NCBI GenBank assembly: GCA_013287965.1
Contig: JABDCU010000004.1
Location: 13,503 to 77,502 of the forward strand
Source of the DNA: Candidatus Omnitrophota bacterium
Lineage (GTDB): Bacteria; Omnitrophota; Gorgyraeia; Zapsychrales; Fredricksoniimonadaceae
Length of the DNA: 64,000 nucleotides
Direction of reading: 5' to 3'
The translations under genes were made by a program, and so were the position numbers. The notes beneath the pieces were generated by a model. The model saw only the letters and a list, made by a program, of their open reading frames with translations. It searched no databases and was not told the DNA's origin. This document shows positions 14,038-23,699 of the stretch, in pieces. Position 1 is the first letter of the stretch, and every line of letters starts with the position of its first letter.

Positions 14038-14591
14038 TTAAGGAATTCGGCTAAAGTAAAAATAGATTCCAAGGGTACCTTGTACTTGGCCAAGGCCTCA
14101 AAAGCGCCTTCACCCCGGTCAATGACACAGATGGCTTTTTTGATCTTGATATTCATCTTCTGCAGCACTTCGATCGATTCCACAAAAGCCTTGCCGGTGG
14201 TGGCCACATCATCAATGATCACGACACTGCCGCCCTCTTCAAGCCGCGGGCCTTCCACCTGCTGCTGCTTGCCATGGGCTTTAGGTGTTTTACGGATGAT
14301 AAAGGTGTTGATGGGACGGCCTGCCTGATGGCTTAAAGAGGCGATGGCACCCACCATAGGATCAGCGCCCAAGGTGGGCCCACCGATGGCATCCGGCCGG
14401 TCTTGGGCGATCATATCCAGCATGATGCGTGCGGTCAGGAACGCTCCCGCGGCAGACAAGGTCACCAGCCGGGCATCCAGGTAAAAATCACTCTCTTTGC
14501 CCGACGATAAAATAAACTTTCCCTTTGAAAAAGCCTGGGCCTTAAGAAGGCGGAATAATTCACTTTTATCGGCGGTAATGGGTGTATGCAT
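14034..14591 (-). CDS. pyrE: orotate phosphoribosyltransferase
   Basis: Motif FILSSGKESDFYLD and the PRPP-binding loop VVIIDDVATTGK. Confidence 0.9.
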   Translation of the reverse strand: MHTPITADKSELFRLLKAQAFSKGKFILSSGKESDFYLDARLVTLSAAGAFLTARIMLDMIAQDRPDAIGGPTLGADPMVGAIASLSHQAGRPINTFIIRKTPKAHGKQQQVEGPRLEEGGSVVIIDDVATTGKAFVESIEVLQKMNIKIKKAICVIDRGEGAFEALAKYKVPLESIFTLAEFLK

Positions 14592-14888
14592 TTAAAATTG
14601 GGGGATCTCTAAGTTGCGCGCATGGATCTCGATCAACAGCAAAAGGCGGAATTTTAACAGGGCTTTATAATCTTTGTATTCTTTGGGGCTAAAACCGGAT
14701 GTAGCGTGGAAGGAACGGTTGGCCTCGATCTCGACCAAAGCATTCTCATAGGTATCAATGAGCTGGTCATCAGTGAGCTTGACGATGGCTGGTTTTTCTA
14801 AAATGGCCACGTCCGATGGAAATTCAGCCATGGACAGAGGGGTTAAAAACAAGACCACCATCATCGCTAAAGCTAGTTTTTTATACAT
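14592..14888 (-). CDS. small secreted hypothetical protein
   Basis: 98-aa ORF with an N-terminal signal-like segment (LALAMMVVLFLTPLSMA). It abuts pyrE. Confidence 0.5.
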   Translation of the reverse strand: MYKKLALAMMVVLFLTPLSMAEFPSDVAILEKPAIVKLTDDQLIDTYENALVEIEANRSFHATSGFSPKEYKDYKALLKFRLLLLIEIHARNLEIPQF

Positions 14889-14902
14889 AAAATCCTTTAA
14901 AT

Positions 14903-14928
14903 GGATTCCCGCTTGCGCGGGAATGACA
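14903..14928. repeat. 26-nt REP-like hairpin (intergenic copy)
   Basis: Sequence GGATTCCCGCTTGCGCGGGAATGACA. Confidence 0.85.
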
Positions 14929-14977
14929 ATATAGATTAGACACCTAAAATCTCTCCCGGGTAAGTTAATTATATGGT

Positions 14978-15060
14978 TTATGTGGCGCAGCCAGTTATGT
15001 GGCCTTGCGCCTCAAACCATGATATCTCCTAATATGGAATCAAAAGTTAACACCACATAA
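14978..15060. repeat. left terminal motif array: TTATGTGG (14978), TTATGTGG (14995), CCACATAA (15053)
   Basis: Read directly from the sequence. The contexts TTATGTGGCG and ACACCACATAA recur in inverted orientation at 40345..40425. Confidence 0.7.
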
Positions 15061-15074
15061 ACAACAGCAGTCTA

Positions 15075-16082
15075 TCACAGTGTTCTTAGAAATTGTACCA
15101 GATTTACATTGTCATGCCAACGTTTTACTGGCTTAGATTCAATATCACAAAAAGCCAGCGCCCTTGCTTTCATTTCAAGGTCAGTTTCAGCATAAATATT
15201 GGTCGTATTGATAGAAACATGCCCCAGCCAAGCTCGTATAGTATTAATATCAACTCCAGATCGTAAGAGATGTGTGGCAGTTGTATGCCGAATTGTATGA
15301 GGGCTAACTCGTTTAAGCTTCAGAGAGGGGACTCTCTCTGAGGCTTTTAGAGCATAACGTTCAACCAAGGTATAAATGCCAAAACGCGTAATAGGCTGTT
15401 TACAACGATTAAGAAAAACATGTTCTTTAACATCCCGCCCTTCTATAAGCAACCGTATTTCCTTTACAGTTTGAGACCATAACGGACAACTGCGAAGCTT
15501 ATTCCCCTTTCCACGAATAACTACTGATGAATAATTACGGCCTGGCACATGAGCCAAATTAAGGTCAGCAATGGTAACTTGAGCCGCTTCGTCGGCACGA
15601 ACTCCGGTGTTGTAAAGAAAAAGAAGAAGCGCATGGTCACGCTGTTTTTGAGGTGAAGTACATTCGGCAGCTCCAAGTAAAGCATCCATTTCCATTTTCT
15701 CAAGATAAGGAATTAATGCATGAGGAGCTCTCTTGAAAGGGATGGCCATGATCTGTCCAGACCACTGAATATGCTCAGGACTATAAAGTCCAATAAACTG
15801 AGCCAGTGAATGAATAGCTCCCAAACGTTGATTACGGGTTGTGATGCTTGAATGACGTGTCTTTTCAAGATCAAGAAGAAAAAGTAATACGTGCTCCCTC
15901 GAAACATCTTCGATCAAAAGTTGATCAATATTTTTTCGTGTCTGAGAGGCAATGAAAGGCAGAAGTAAACACAAAGTATCGCGGTAACTGCGCTGTGTAT
16001 TATATGAAAGATTTTTGACACTGATCAAATATTCCATTAAAAAACGTCTAATCCAAGGGCCAATCAAGCTATGGTTAATCAT
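15075..16082 (-). CDS. ritC: tyrosine recombinase, third gene of the recombinase trio
   Basis: Catalytic signature GVRADE...HTIRHTTATHLL...LGHVSINTTNIYA (R..HxxR..H..Y). The symbol is assigned by position in the trio. Confidence 0.8.
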   Translation of the reverse strand: MINHSLIGPWIRRFLMEYLISVKNLSYNTQRSYRDTLCLLLPFIASQTRKNIDQLLIEDVSREHVLLFLLDLEKTRHSSITTRNQRLGAIHSLAQFIGLYSPEHIQWSGQIMAIPFKRAPHALIPYLEKMEMDALLGAAECTSPQKQRDHALLLFLYNTGVRADEAAQVTIADLNLAHVPGRNYSSVVIRGKGNKLRSCPLWSQTVKEIRLLIEGRDVKEHVFLNRCKQPITRFGIYTLVERYALKASERVPSLKLKRVSPHTIRHTTATHLLRSGVDINTIRAWLGHVSINTTNIYAETDLEMKARALAFCDIESKPVKRWHDNVNLVQFLRTL

Positions 16083-16083
16083 T

Positions 16084-17022
16084 TCAAGCCTCCTTTAAAG
16101 TATATTGTTCAAAACGATGTCCTGCTTCTTCAAGTAATGCGGGTGTCATAGTAAGATAAACAGAAGTAGCAGCCAATGTGACATGTCCCAAGTAAACAGA
16201 CAACATCAGTACAAGATTTTGTACATCTGCCCCTTCTTTATATAAAGCAGTTAGACGATGAACTGCAAAAGTGTGGCGTAGATCATGAATGCGTGGCTGT
16301 TGATCACTATCAAGACGCCTAATATTCACTTTTTCACGGATACGTCTAAAATTTTCCCCGACAGCAGGTTGCTTAACGGCTTTTCTGTTTCTCCCTATAA
16401 AGAACGAAGATTGAGGATCTTGGGAATATTTTTTCTGCTTACGCCAAGAAACGTACTCTTGTAAAACCTGAGTCAATTGTTCACCAATAGGAACAAAACG
16501 TGACTTATAAAATTTCGTTTTCCGAATTGTGAGCAATGATTGATTCAAATCAACATCAGCCAATTTTAAAGAAATAGCTTCCCCAATTCGTAAACCACTT
16601 CCATATAAAAGTAATAAAATTGTACGCATCGTATAAGGTGAAATCCTACTATTAATTTTGTGATGAGTAAAACAGCCATTAATTAAAGCCTTAACTTCTT
16701 CAGTACTGTAAATATATGGTAAAAATCGTGGGGGCTGTTTCGGTATTACCAGTGGCAAAAGTGAAGTATCCGCATATCCTCGGCTGATTACATACTTATA
16801 AAAACCACGTAATGCGCTATGTCTAACATGCCAACTTCTAGTAACGGCAAAAGTCCCTCCTGTAAGAAAACTAATTACGGAATCAGGTTTCACTTCGGAA
16901 AGTTCAATCCCTGGCTCCAAGGTCCGAACAAAAGCTTTTAGTCTCCAGGAACCACTTTCAAAGGATTCACCAAGTGATTTTCGATAATTTATATATTGAT
17001 CAACTAACGTTAAAAGCTTCAT
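16084..17022 (-). CDS. ritB: tyrosine recombinase, second gene of the trio
   Basis: Catalytic signature GLRIGEA...IHDLRHTFAVH...LGHVTLAATSVYL. It starts 4 nt inside the upstream gene. Confidence 0.8.
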   Translation of the reverse strand: MKLLTLVDQYINYRKSLGESFESGSWRLKAFVRTLEPGIELSEVKPDSVISFLTGGTFAVTRSWHVRHSALRGFYKYVISRGYADTSLLPLVIPKQPPRFLPYIYSTEEVKALINGCFTHHKINSRISPYTMRTILLLLYGSGLRIGEAISLKLADVDLNQSLLTIRKTKFYKSRFVPIGEQLTQVLQEYVSWRKQKKYSQDPQSSFFIGRNRKAVKQPAVGENFRRIREKVNIRRLDSDQQPRIHDLRHTFAVHRLTALYKEGADVQNLVLMLSVYLGHVTLAATSVYLTMTPALLEEAGHRFEQYTLKEA

Positions 17023-18266
17023 AGCACACCCCCTAAATTAAAATTGGCGACTTCCCGAAGTTTCGTAAGATTTACCTTCGTATAAACACGCGTTGTTTCC
17101 AAGTCACGGTGTCCCAGCTGGTCTGCAATAGTCTTAAGTGGAACTCCTTGATTAATTAAACGACTAGCACAAGCATGACGCAAAGAATGCGTGCCATGTT
17201 TCTTAATATCAACACCTAGTCGCCTCCAACGGGCATAAATTAGCGAAGCCAATCCTTTTAAAGGACGAAAAGGTGCGCGGAAAGTCAGAAAAATCTCACC
17301 ATACGAAACGCATTGGGGACGAGTTTTTGTAATATATTCCAACAATGCATCTGCTACGGTTTGACTAAGTGGAAATTGTTGTGCAGGCCCACGCTTCGAG
17401 TGTTTAAGACAAAAAGTTCTTTGTTTCCAATCAATATCCTCCAATCGTAATTGTCGAACTTCACTGGCACGAAAACCGTATACTGCCAAGAATAAAATGA
17501 TGGCTCGGTCACGAATGTCCAAAGGACGTTCCCCTTCTGTTGTTTTGACAAGACGTTGAATTTCTTCTAAAGAGAGTCCAGTGGGAAGCGCATCATGTCT
17601 ATATACACGCGGAGAGTTAATAGAATCTACTATTCCACAAGGACACCAGTTCCGATGCTCAGCATAACGAAGAAAACTTCGTAAAATTGACATTTGATTC
17701 TTTATAGTGCGACGAGCATATAGTCCTCGACTGAGTTCTTTAATCAAAATTGTATCAATATGCGCGGGGATGAGGTTAGCAAGGAAATGCTCAAGATCTT
17801 CTTTGGTTTTGCTAAAGAACTGTACCAATATAAAGCGACGAGTATAAATCGTTGCCTCAGATAGCCCCTTCTCTTTTCGCATGTAATTAACATACTCTTT
17901 CAACTGCCAGGGGATTCTTTGTTTTGGATCTTCAAGCCGATCCAAAAATTTCAACCAAATCTTAATATCACTAATAAAACGGTAGCCACGAGAAGAACAA
18001 GAAAAGTCTTTACGACCAAACTTTAACATTTCATCACGTAGCCAACGCCTGGTTGCGTCTTTAATTTCTTTAATCGTTATAATTCGATCATTATCAATAT
18101 TAAGATATTTAGTCGCGATATATTGATAACGAGCAATTTCACGGAGTGCTAACCACCCACTCCCTCGTTCGGCACGATAAGTAAGATACCGTAAGCGATC
18201 CTCTAACAGAGAAGCGTTACGTAGACGCTTTATGGTTCCAGGTTTCTCAAAAAGTTTCTCAAACAT
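17019..18266 (-). CDS. ritA: tyrosine recombinase, first and longest gene of the trio
   Basis: 415 aa with GFRASEV...THSLRHACASRL...LGHRDLETTRVYT. The extended N-terminal domain fits the first member of a RIT trio. Confidence 0.8.
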   Translation of the reverse strand: MFEKLFEKPGTIKRLRNASLLEDRLRYLTYRAERGSGWLALREIARYQYIATKYLNIDNDRIITIKEIKDATRRWLRDEMLKFGRKDFSCSSRGYRFISDIKIWLKFLDRLEDPKQRIPWQLKEYVNYMRKEKGLSEATIYTRRFILVQFFSKTKEDLEHFLANLIPAHIDTILIKELSRGLYARRTIKNQMSILRSFLRYAEHRNWCPCGIVDSINSPRVYRHDALPTGLSLEEIQRLVKTTEGERPLDIRDRAIILFLAVYGFRASEVRQLRLEDIDWKQRTFCLKHSKRGPAQQFPLSQTVADALLEYITKTRPQCVSYGEIFLTFRAPFRPLKGLASLIYARWRRLGVDIKKHGTHSLRHACASRLINQGVPLKTIADQLGHRDLETTRVYTKVNLTKLREVANFNLGGVL

Positions 18267-18358
18267 AGCAGATCCTCCTTTTAGGGTTAGAATTGCTATT
18301 TTACTTTATGAAAGAAATAATAGGAAGTTAGGCTTATATACAACAGGCAGTAGAAATT

Positions 18359-18973
18359 TTATCGTTCCAATCTAAATCTCACTGGCACTCTTACCTCAGA
18401 CTCAACAGCCATGTTACCAATGCGGCCAGGCTGAAATTTCCAATGCCAGACAGCTTTTAAAGCCGCTTGATCAAGCAAACGAAATCCCGAACCATGTATA
18501 ATTTCTACATTGACCGGATTGCCTTCTTTATTCACATCAACCGACAACATGACAATACCTTCTTGGCGCATCTGCTTGGCAAGTTCAGGATATTGCGGCG
18601 GCGGGTTCTGGATATAATCCGGCTTGGCCTCTACTTTTACCTGGGCACTGGATGTCAGTATAGGCTTTAGCCTAATCAATACTTTAGGCGTTATAAGTTG
18701 TTTTGGTTTTTCTATAACCTTAACTGTTGGCTTTAGTATTTTAGGAACGATCTTCTCAACTTTTTTGACAACAGGCTTCGTTTCTTCTTGAACTTTAACC
18801 ACTTCTTTGGGTTCATCAATCAAACTAATGTCAATTTCACGACTTGGAGCAATGGCAAGTTGAGCTTGTCTGATGAACATTTTCCCCGTAAGAGAAAAAA
18901 ATAAGACATGGATTAAGACTGCTGCTGTCCAAGCTATAACGATATCCTGTTTGTTATTGTCTATAGAAACCAT
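18359..18973 (-). CDS. tonB: energy transducer TonB
   Basis: N-terminal TM segment, a Lys/Pro/Val-rich spacer, and a C-terminal TonB domain (PPPQYPELAKQMRQEGIVMLSVDV...GNP). Confidence 0.85.
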   Translation of the reverse strand: MVSIDNNKQDIVIAWTAAVLIHVLFFSLTGKMFIRQAQLAIAPSREIDISLIDEPKEVVKVQEETKPVVKKVEKIVPKILKPTVKVIEKPKQLITPKVLIRLKPILTSSAQVKVEAKPDYIQNPPPQYPELAKQMRQEGIVMLSVDVNKEGNPVNVEIIHGSGFRLLDQAALKAVWHWKFQPGRIGNMAVESEVRVPVRFRLER

Positions 18974-18978
18974 GACAC

Positions 18979-19401
18979 TTATTGATTTGAAGACTCTGCA
19001 CCTTTAGTTTGAATCGCCACCCTTGTAATCCCCACTGCCCTTACTTTATCAAGAACAGTAATTGCTCCCTGGAAATAAGCATGGCTGTCACCATTAATAA
19101 AGACTTTCAAATCAGGATCTTGATCTTTTAATTCTTTAAGACGTTCGGGTAAAGCATCCAGGCTTATCTTTTCCTGGTTAAGATAAACTTCATTTGTTTG
19201 AGTGACAGTAATTGTCACAGCGGCTTTGCGATCCTGTGAAACAGCAGTTTGTGCCGATGGTAAATTCACATTCAACCCTTGGTTTTTTACCATCGATAGA
19301 GAAATCATGACGAAAGTAGCCAACAGAAAGAAAATAATATCAATCAACGGGATTATTTCGATCCTCGCCCGTTTTCTGCTGACCGGAGATGGGATAATCA
19401 T
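18979..19401 (-). CDS. exbD: biopolymer transport protein ExbD/TolR
   Basis: Motif IEIIPLIDIIFFLLATFV followed by a periplasmic domain. Sits between the exbB and tonB genes. Confidence 0.85.
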   Translation of the reverse strand: MIIPSPVSRKRARIEIIPLIDIIFFLLATFVMISLSMVKNQGLNVNLPSAQTAVSQDRKAAVTITVTQTNEVYLNQEKISLDALPERLKELKDQDPDLKVFINGDSHAYFQGAITVLDKVRAVGITRVAIQTKGAESSNQ

Positions 19402-20006
19402 GATTTTTTCTCCAACTTAAGCAACAAAAGCTCCAGATGTGTGGCTGCCTGTTCAATTTCATGACGGGCTTCTTCAAGTCGCGCATTTAAATAATTAAAC
19501 GGTACAAGAGCGATGATCGCGATAGCCAAACCACAAGCCGTCGCAATCAAAGCTTGGGCTATACCACCGGTGATTACTGTTGGAGTTTGCAATTCTCTAC
19601 TACCTAATAAACCAAAGGCATGAATCATACCTGTCACCGTTCCCAACAACCCAAGCAAAGGCGCCACTGTGATAATTGTATCTAAAACGACCAATCCCCT
19701 ACTAAAGCGCTTTAGTTCGACACTAGCCGCTTGCATCAAGGCATTGCTTAGAGCATCTTCCCGGTGTGTTAAGCCATAAACCAAGGTCGTTGCAACATAA
19801 TCATGACAGCCTTGGGCTTCCTCAATGGCCTTGTCAATATTGCCATGTTGAACATTGGACAAGATAGCTTTAATAATGTCCGGTCTGTAGGATATTTTAA
19901 TACGCCATAAGAATAACAACCGCTCAATGACAACACTAAATGCCATCAATGAAGTAATAAGCAAGGGCCACATGACAGGGCCACCTTTAAGAAAAAGACT
20001 AAACAT
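19398..20006 (-). CDS. exbB: MotA/TolQ/ExbB proton channel protein
   Basis: Three TM segments and the conserved APLLGLLGTVTGMI motif. Confidence 0.85.
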   Translation of the reverse strand: MFSLFLKGGPVMWPLLITSLMAFSVVIERLLFLWRIKISYRPDIIKAILSNVQHGNIDKAIEEAQGCHDYVATTLVYGLTHREDALSNALMQAASVELKRFSRGLVVLDTIITVAPLLGLLGTVTGMIHAFGLLGSRELQTPTVITGGIAQALIATACGLAIAIIALVPFNYLNARLEEARHEIEQAATHLELLLLKLEKKS

Positions 20007-20017
20007 TTATCCTCCTG

Positions 20018-22138
20018 TTAGAAATCATACGTCACACCGCCATAATATCCACGGCGGGAACCAAATTGAGATGCGCCAACGCCAACACCTGTGCCATCCC
20101 TTAACTCATAGACCTCATCAAAAACATTGACCACATCAAAACGGACTTTGATGTCATTCTTATCATTAATTCTAAAGGTATGTTCAATACCCATATTAAT
20201 GGGGTTATAGGAGCCCACGCGTTTACCATTAGGCGTATCCCCACCTTTACGTAACCCACTACCAAAAAGCAAATCAGCGTAAACCTTGGTTTTATTCAAT
20301 GCTGATAAGGATAAATGATCAAATTCATATGCCAATCCAGCCGAAACTGTCAGACTCTGATCATGGTCTAAAGGTATATAGTGATCGGCAACGTAATTAA
20401 ACTCATCCTGGGAAAAATGATACTGACTGGATTCCCATGCCTTACCTAAAGCATGGCTGTAGGCGGCATTCGCATAACCAGAAAATCCACCTTTTTTATA
20501 GTTGATTGTTAATTCAGTCCCGTAAACCTTTCCTTTTTTATAATTAAAAGGAGTGACAATAGGCGCCGCACCAAACTGTCCGTCATCAAGTTGATGTGCA
20601 GCTATTTTATAATAACTATCCAAACCAACCTGCAATTCAGGCATGAAATTGTGTGTCACGCCTACATCAAAATAATGAGCGCGTTCTGCTTTAGCAGGGG
20701 AATTAATATCAATCTGAGCCGCGTTGGTTGTATTATCAAAAATAGCAGGATTAATATTTTGCTGTAGCTCAAGCGGTGGCGGGGTAAAATAACGAGCATA
20801 TCCTGCATGTATCTTGGTGGCTTGGTCGACTTCATAGACGGCATTAACGCGAGGGCTAAATTGATACTCATTAAGGTATTGGTATGATTGATCAAAACGA
20901 CCGCCGAAATTGATGGTCAAGGGATCAAAGACCTTCCATTCATCCTGCAAATAAAGGCCGTACTGTTCTCCCTGTTTTTGATTATTAACATTAATCGAAG
21001 TTTCAGGCCCGCTAACACCACTACCACTGTCTGGAAAAACTAAGGAATTATTCTCGTTAATAGCATCACTAATTGTAAATATCGACCCAGCACGAAGCGT
21101 ATGATTATCGTTTAACTGGTAACTACCATCCACCTCAAGGCCGTTGGTCAATATGCTGTCATTGATTTTGGTTGCGACCCCGTTATATTCCAAGTCTCCG
21201 ATATTATCAGGCAGATAATTAGCCTCACTAAAACGGGTAAAGGCAGAAACCTGATAATTGAGCTTATCCTCAGCCTTTTGGTATGCGACAATGCCATAAA
21301 AATTCTGTTCTATCTGGCGATCATTCACATTGCTTGAATCAATGCTTGGAAGTGGGAGAGGATTCCCAGCAGTATCAGTAAATGGAGATCCGCCGGGACT
21401 GTTGGGAATTTGAAAATCACTATGGGAAGCACTCAGCATCACGTTAAGGCGGCTGGTATCATCGATGACCTTGGAGACATAGGCAAACATCTTGCCCTGC
21501 TGAGTTTGGTCATGGATAGCTGATGTGCCATTGGTGGGATTTTCAATACCAAGATTGTCTTCCAAATAACTACCAGTGACAAAATAGTTAATCCCTCCTT
21601 TTGCAGAGCCTCCATAGGTAAAGCTGGGGTTGACTTCACTATGACTGCTCCCATACATGGAAATGTCACCACCATTAGTAAATGCCCCGCTTTTAGTATG
21701 AATATCCACAATGCCTGCTGTATGAAAACCATATTGGGCTGGCAGCGATCCATCAATCAAAGAAACATTGTCTACAAAGCGTGTGTCAAGTTCTTCACCA
21801 AAGCCTGTCAGTCCTTCCGGCAACAAAACATCATTAATCCTATATTGCAAATTGGCATGTTCGCCACGAACATGTAATTGCCCAAATGAATCCTGGACAA
21901 CCCCAGGAGCTCTTAATAGGACCTGATTGAATGAGGCATTGTCACCTTGGGTTTGATCGTCGATCTGATCACTGGCAATGTTATAATCGGTTGCCCCAAG
22001 GCTTGGTTGAATACTATTACGGGCTTGATCTAATTTCCCAATCACATCCACTTCATTAAGTTGAGTTGATGATGTGTTATCCGCGTTACTATTAATAGAG
22101 AACCAACATAGAAAACCTGCCAAAAACCATACCCACAT
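20018..22138 (-). CDS. TonB-dependent outer-membrane receptor
   Basis: 706 aa with a signal peptide and a plug domain (LLRAPGV...GQLHVRG). The beta-barrel repeats are rich in Y/G/N, and the C-terminus ends in an aromatic residue (...GVTYDF). Confidence 0.85.
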   Translation of the reverse strand: MWVWFLAGFLCWFSINSNADNTSSTQLNEVDVIGKLDQARNSIQPSLGATDYNIASDQIDDQTQGDNASFNQVLLRAPGVVQDSFGQLHVRGEHANLQYRINDVLLPEGLTGFGEELDTRFVDNVSLIDGSLPAQYGFHTAGIVDIHTKSGAFTNGGDISMYGSSHSEVNPSFTYGGSAKGGINYFVTGSYLEDNLGIENPTNGTSAIHDQTQQGKMFAYVSKVIDDTSRLNVMLSASHSDFQIPNSPGGSPFTDTAGNPLPLPSIDSSNVNDRQIEQNFYGIVAYQKAEDKLNYQVSAFTRFSEANYLPDNIGDLEYNGVATKINDSILTNGLEVDGSYQLNDNHTLRAGSIFTISDAINENNSLVFPDSGSGVSGPETSINVNNQKQGEQYGLYLQDEWKVFDPLTINFGGRFDQSYQYLNEYQFSPRVNAVYEVDQATKIHAGYARYFTPPPLELQQNINPAIFDNTTNAAQIDINSPAKAERAHYFDVGVTHNFMPELQVGLDSYYKIAAHQLDDGQFGAAPIVTPFNYKKGKVYGTELTINYKKGGFSGYANAAYSHALGKAWESSQYHFSQDEFNYVADHYIPLDHDQSLTVSAGLAYEFDHLSLSALNKTKVYADLLFGSGLRKGGDTPNGKRVGSYNPINMGIEHTFRINDKNDIKVRFDVVNVFDEVYELRDGTGVGVGASQFGSRRGYYGGVTYDF

Positions 22139-22157
22139 AAACCTTCTCCTTGTTTGT

Positions 22158-22178
22158 AAATAGAAAACATTTCTATTT
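22158..22178. promoter_or_regulatory. 9-3-9 palindrome AAATAGAAA-aca-TTTCTATTT upstream of the TonB-dependent receptor gene
   Basis: Perfect inverted repeat. The identical arms recur at 22654..22674. Confidence 0.5.
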
Positions 22179-22194
22179 ATTGATTAAAAAAATT

Positions 22195-22215
22195 AAACAG
22201 AAACAGTTTCTGTTT
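22195..22215. promoter_or_regulatory. 9-3-9 palindrome AAACAGAAA-cag-TTTCTGTTT (variant of the same box)
   Basis: Perfect inverted repeat that differs from the 22158 box at one position per arm. Confidence 0.45.
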
Positions 22216-22230
22216 AAAGATTAAAAAAAT

Positions 22231-22653
22231 TTATACACACTTAGGACAAAGACCTTCAAGCTGAACAAAATGCTTCAACACTTTAAAACCACTTGCACGA
22301 CCCATGCTTGCCAATGCACATCCATCAACATCTTCTACCTTCCCGCATTTTACACAGACAATATGATGATGGTGATCATTGCTGTGGCTATGACATAAAG
22401 CGTAATATAGTCGCCTCTCTTCCCTTTGAATCTTGACTAAAATACCGCAATCCTCAAATGATTCCAAGTTCCTATAAACACTCGGAAAGCCAATACGCTT
22501 AAAATTTTTCTTCAATTGGTTCCAAACATCTTCAGGGGTTAAACAACGCCCTTCCTTTATAAAATAATTCAATATCGCCTCGCGTCTTGGCGTGAATTTA
22601 AGTCTTTGAGATTTTAATTTTTCGATATATGTTGTCATTTTGCTCAATTCCAT
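22231..22653 (-). CDS. fur: Fur-family metalloregulator
   Basis: Winged-helix N-domain (TPRREAILNYF) and the motif HSHSNDHHHHIVCVKCGKVEDV...C..C. The start could also be MTTYIEK (22638). Confidence 0.85.
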   Translation of the reverse strand: MELSKMTTYIEKLKSQRLKFTPRREAILNYFIKEGRCLTPEDVWNQLKKNFKRIGFPSVYRNLESFEDCGILVKIQREERRLYYALCHSHSNDHHHHIVCVKCGKVEDVDGCALASMGRASGFKVLKHFVQLEGLCPKCV

Positions 22654-22674
22654 AAATAGAAATTGTTTCTATTT
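22654..22674. promoter_or_regulatory. 9-3-9 palindrome AAATAGAAA-ttg-TTTCTATTT abutting the fur start
   Basis: Same arms as 22158..22178. Confidence 0.5.
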
Positions 22675-22733
22675 ATACATCAAAATAAAAAAGAGTCAAG
22701 ATTTTTTATTAACTACCATACAGCAATCGCTCC

Positions 22734-23699
22734 TTATTCTTGATTGGAGATAGGAATGATCCGCACAAAAGTTTTCTCGAATTGACGGATAATCGTCAAA
22801 ATATACGGATGTCCCACACTATAATTGGTCAACAGCCGATGCAAATCATCGATGCTGGAAACTAACTGATCATTGATACCAACGATAATATCACCCACGG
22901 CCAGCCCCGCTTTATCCGCAGGACTGTTGGGCTCAATACCAGACACACTGATACCAGACTCCACTGGCAATTTACCCACGTGTACAATACCATGAGGCAA
23001 AACCACATTCTGCCCCATGATACCGATAAACGCACGGGTGATGCGACCATACTGTAACAATTCAGTCATAATCAACTTGGCCGTGTTTGAAGGAACCGCA
23101 AAACAAATTCCCTGGGCAGGTAAAATCACGGCGGTATTGATACCGACGACTTGCCCCTGACTGTTAAATAACGGCCCCCCTGAGTTGCCCGGATTAAGAG
23201 CCGCGTCAGTTTGGATCACTTGTTCAATCAGACGTCCAGACTGTGACCGCATGGAACGTCCCAAGGCACTGATAACGCCTGCTGTCAGGGTGCATTGAAA
23301 TCCAAAAGGATTGCCGATTGCAATGGCAATCTGCCCTACCTGAATACGGTTGGAATCGCCTAATTGCACATAGTTGAGATTTTGTAAGCCAACACGAATC
23401 ACCGCCAAATCTGTGTGTGGATCATCCCCAACTAACTGGGCCTCTGATTTACGACCGTCAATAAAGGTTATCTTGATCCGTTTGGCCCCATGAACCACAT
23501 GGCTATTAGTTAAGATAAACCCATCGGGCGTAAACACAAAACCGGAACCACCGGCTGGCGTATCACCTTTTTGCACTTCAATATTGACCACTGCAGAAGA
23601 AGAGTGTTGAAAAACCCCGCTAACCGTCTGCGAATAGCTGTCTAATAACTTATCGTCGGAAGTACGCATATAACCTCCTACTTTTCTACATAGCCGCAA
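22734..23699 (-). CDS. HtrA/DegP-type serine protease with one PDZ domain
   Basis: Catalytic triad context: TNSHVV (His), DLAVIRV (Asp) and GNSGGPLFN (Ser). The C-terminal PDZ carries GLAVGDIIVGIND. Confidence 0.85.
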   Translation of the reverse strand: MRLCRKVGGYMRTSDDKLLDSYSQTVSGVFQHSSSAVVNIEVQKGDTPAGGSGFVFTPDGFILTNSHVVHGAKRIKITFIDGRKSEAQLVGDDPHTDLAVIRVGLQNLNYVQLGDSNRIQVGQIAIAIGNPFGFQCTLTAGVISALGRSMRSQSGRLIEQVIQTDAALNPGNSGGPLFNSQGQVVGINTAVILPAQGICFAVPSNTAKLIMTELLQYGRITRAFIGIMGQNVVLPHGIVHVGKLPVESGISVSGIEPNSPADKAGLAVGDIIVGINDQLVSSIDDLHRLLTNYSVGHPYILTIIRQFEKTFVRIIPISNQE

